Source of the DNA: Isurus oxyrinchus
Lineage: Eukaryota
DNA: 64,000 nucleotides
Reading direction: 5' to 3'
NCBI GenBank assembly: GCA_026770705.1
Contig: JANJGN010000026.1
Coordinates: forward strand, 36,332,001-36,396,000
A program made the translations under genes and the position numbers. Of the stretch, positions 63,030-64,000 are shown piece by piece. Position 1 is the stretch's first letter, and every line of letters starts with the position of its first letter. The notes beneath the pieces are model-generated. The model was not told where the DNA came from and did no database searches. It was given only the letters and a program-made list of their open reading frames with translations.

Positions 63030-64000
63030 CATTCTCTCAGTTATTATGTTCATTAAAGCATGCCTTGGCTACTATAGTAATAGTCTATGTTTCAGTTGTT
63101 ACTGCGCTAGTATTTGACTCTGCTTAATAGAAACCAGAACATTTTCTTGTTTGCACGGCATGAGGCTCTTTCTCAGTTATTACACTACTAAACCCTGCCA
63201 CGTTTATACTAAGCTAGGGGATGTCTCGGCCAATGCTGCACCAGTCCATGTCTCTGTTTAGATCATACGATGCCCTGTCACTGTTATTATTGCACAATAC
63301 TGTGTGTCTCTCTATTATTGCTGCACTTGCCCATATCTCTGTTTATATTAATCCAGGCCCTGTGTTTGTAATTACTGTGACAGGCTCTTTCTCCGTTTAT
63401 ATTGGACAAGGTCCTGTATCAGATAAAACTGCAGTAGACCCCGTGACAGTTTCCTTTCACTAGATCCTGCCTCAGTTATTACTGAACTAGATCAAGTCAC
63501 AGTTCATACTACACAAAGTCCTATTTCAATTATTAGTGCACTCGGCACTGCCCCAATTTCTATTCCATTAGATTATGTCCCTGTTTATATGGCACTAAAT
63601 CGCATCTTTGCTGATATTCTGTTCGACCCTATCTCAGTTTATATTATACTGGACGCTGTCTCAGTTTTATATTGCGTTAGATCTGGTCTCAGTTTATATT
63701 ACACTGCAGCCCGTCTCTGTTAATATTACACTAGACCCTGTCTCAGTTTATATTACATTAGACCTTGTCTCAGTGTATATTACACTATACCCTGTCTCAG
63801 TTTATGTTACACTAGACATTATCTCTGCTGATGTTAAAATAGACACTGTCTTTGTTATTTCTGTGTAGACCATGTCTCTGCTTATATTACACAAGACAAA
63901 GTCTGTTATTACTGCACTAAAGGCTGGCTCAGTAACTGCTGATACTAGGCCCAGTCTTGGTTTATATTACTGTAGGTGCTGCATCAATAATTGGTGCACA
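63030..64000 (+). repeat. 27-bp minisatellite
   Basis: (gtctcagtttatattacactagaccct)n, giving a 9-aa periodic spurious ORF. Confidence 0.85.

Noticed and set aside
63030-64000. Periodic ORF (VYITLDPVS)n or CRISPR
   Set aside because: It is a 27-bp minisatellite with frequent stops, present at several places in the window.

Overview
Vertebrate genomic DNA, inferred to be from a cartilaginous fish (shark). It looks like part of the V-gene region of the TCR alpha/delta locus, heavily filled with CR1/L2-, Tx1- and RTE-type LINE fragments, SINEs, an LTR and minisatellites. Key content: (1) A minus-strand NAR-TCR-type cassette. It runs leader (49783-49825), NAR-like V with a long 3' extension ending in a 12-RSS (49311-49663), 23-RSS J (48873-48925), a second NAR-like domain that is fully V(D)J-joined in the germline with its promoter/leader deleted (44628-44972, one TAG), and an intact leaderless supporting TCR-delta V with a CDR1 Cys (40476-40781) followed by a tandem array of 23-RSSs. 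All junctions are phase 1, so the layout could encode a three-V-domain TCR-delta chain. Both NAR domains carry a single lesion in this assembly. (2) An intact plus-strand IgH-type L-VH-D-JH mini-cluster (16097-17433) with no recognisable intact C exon downstream, followed 7 kb later by a relic TCR V that keeps a good 23-RSS. (3) At least six decayed TCR/Ig V relics. (4) A two-exon GPR139/142-like GPCR with one nonsense codon. (5) CTCF and CRE motif clusters. Repeat boundaries are approximate, and family assignments come from motif recognition, not database searches.
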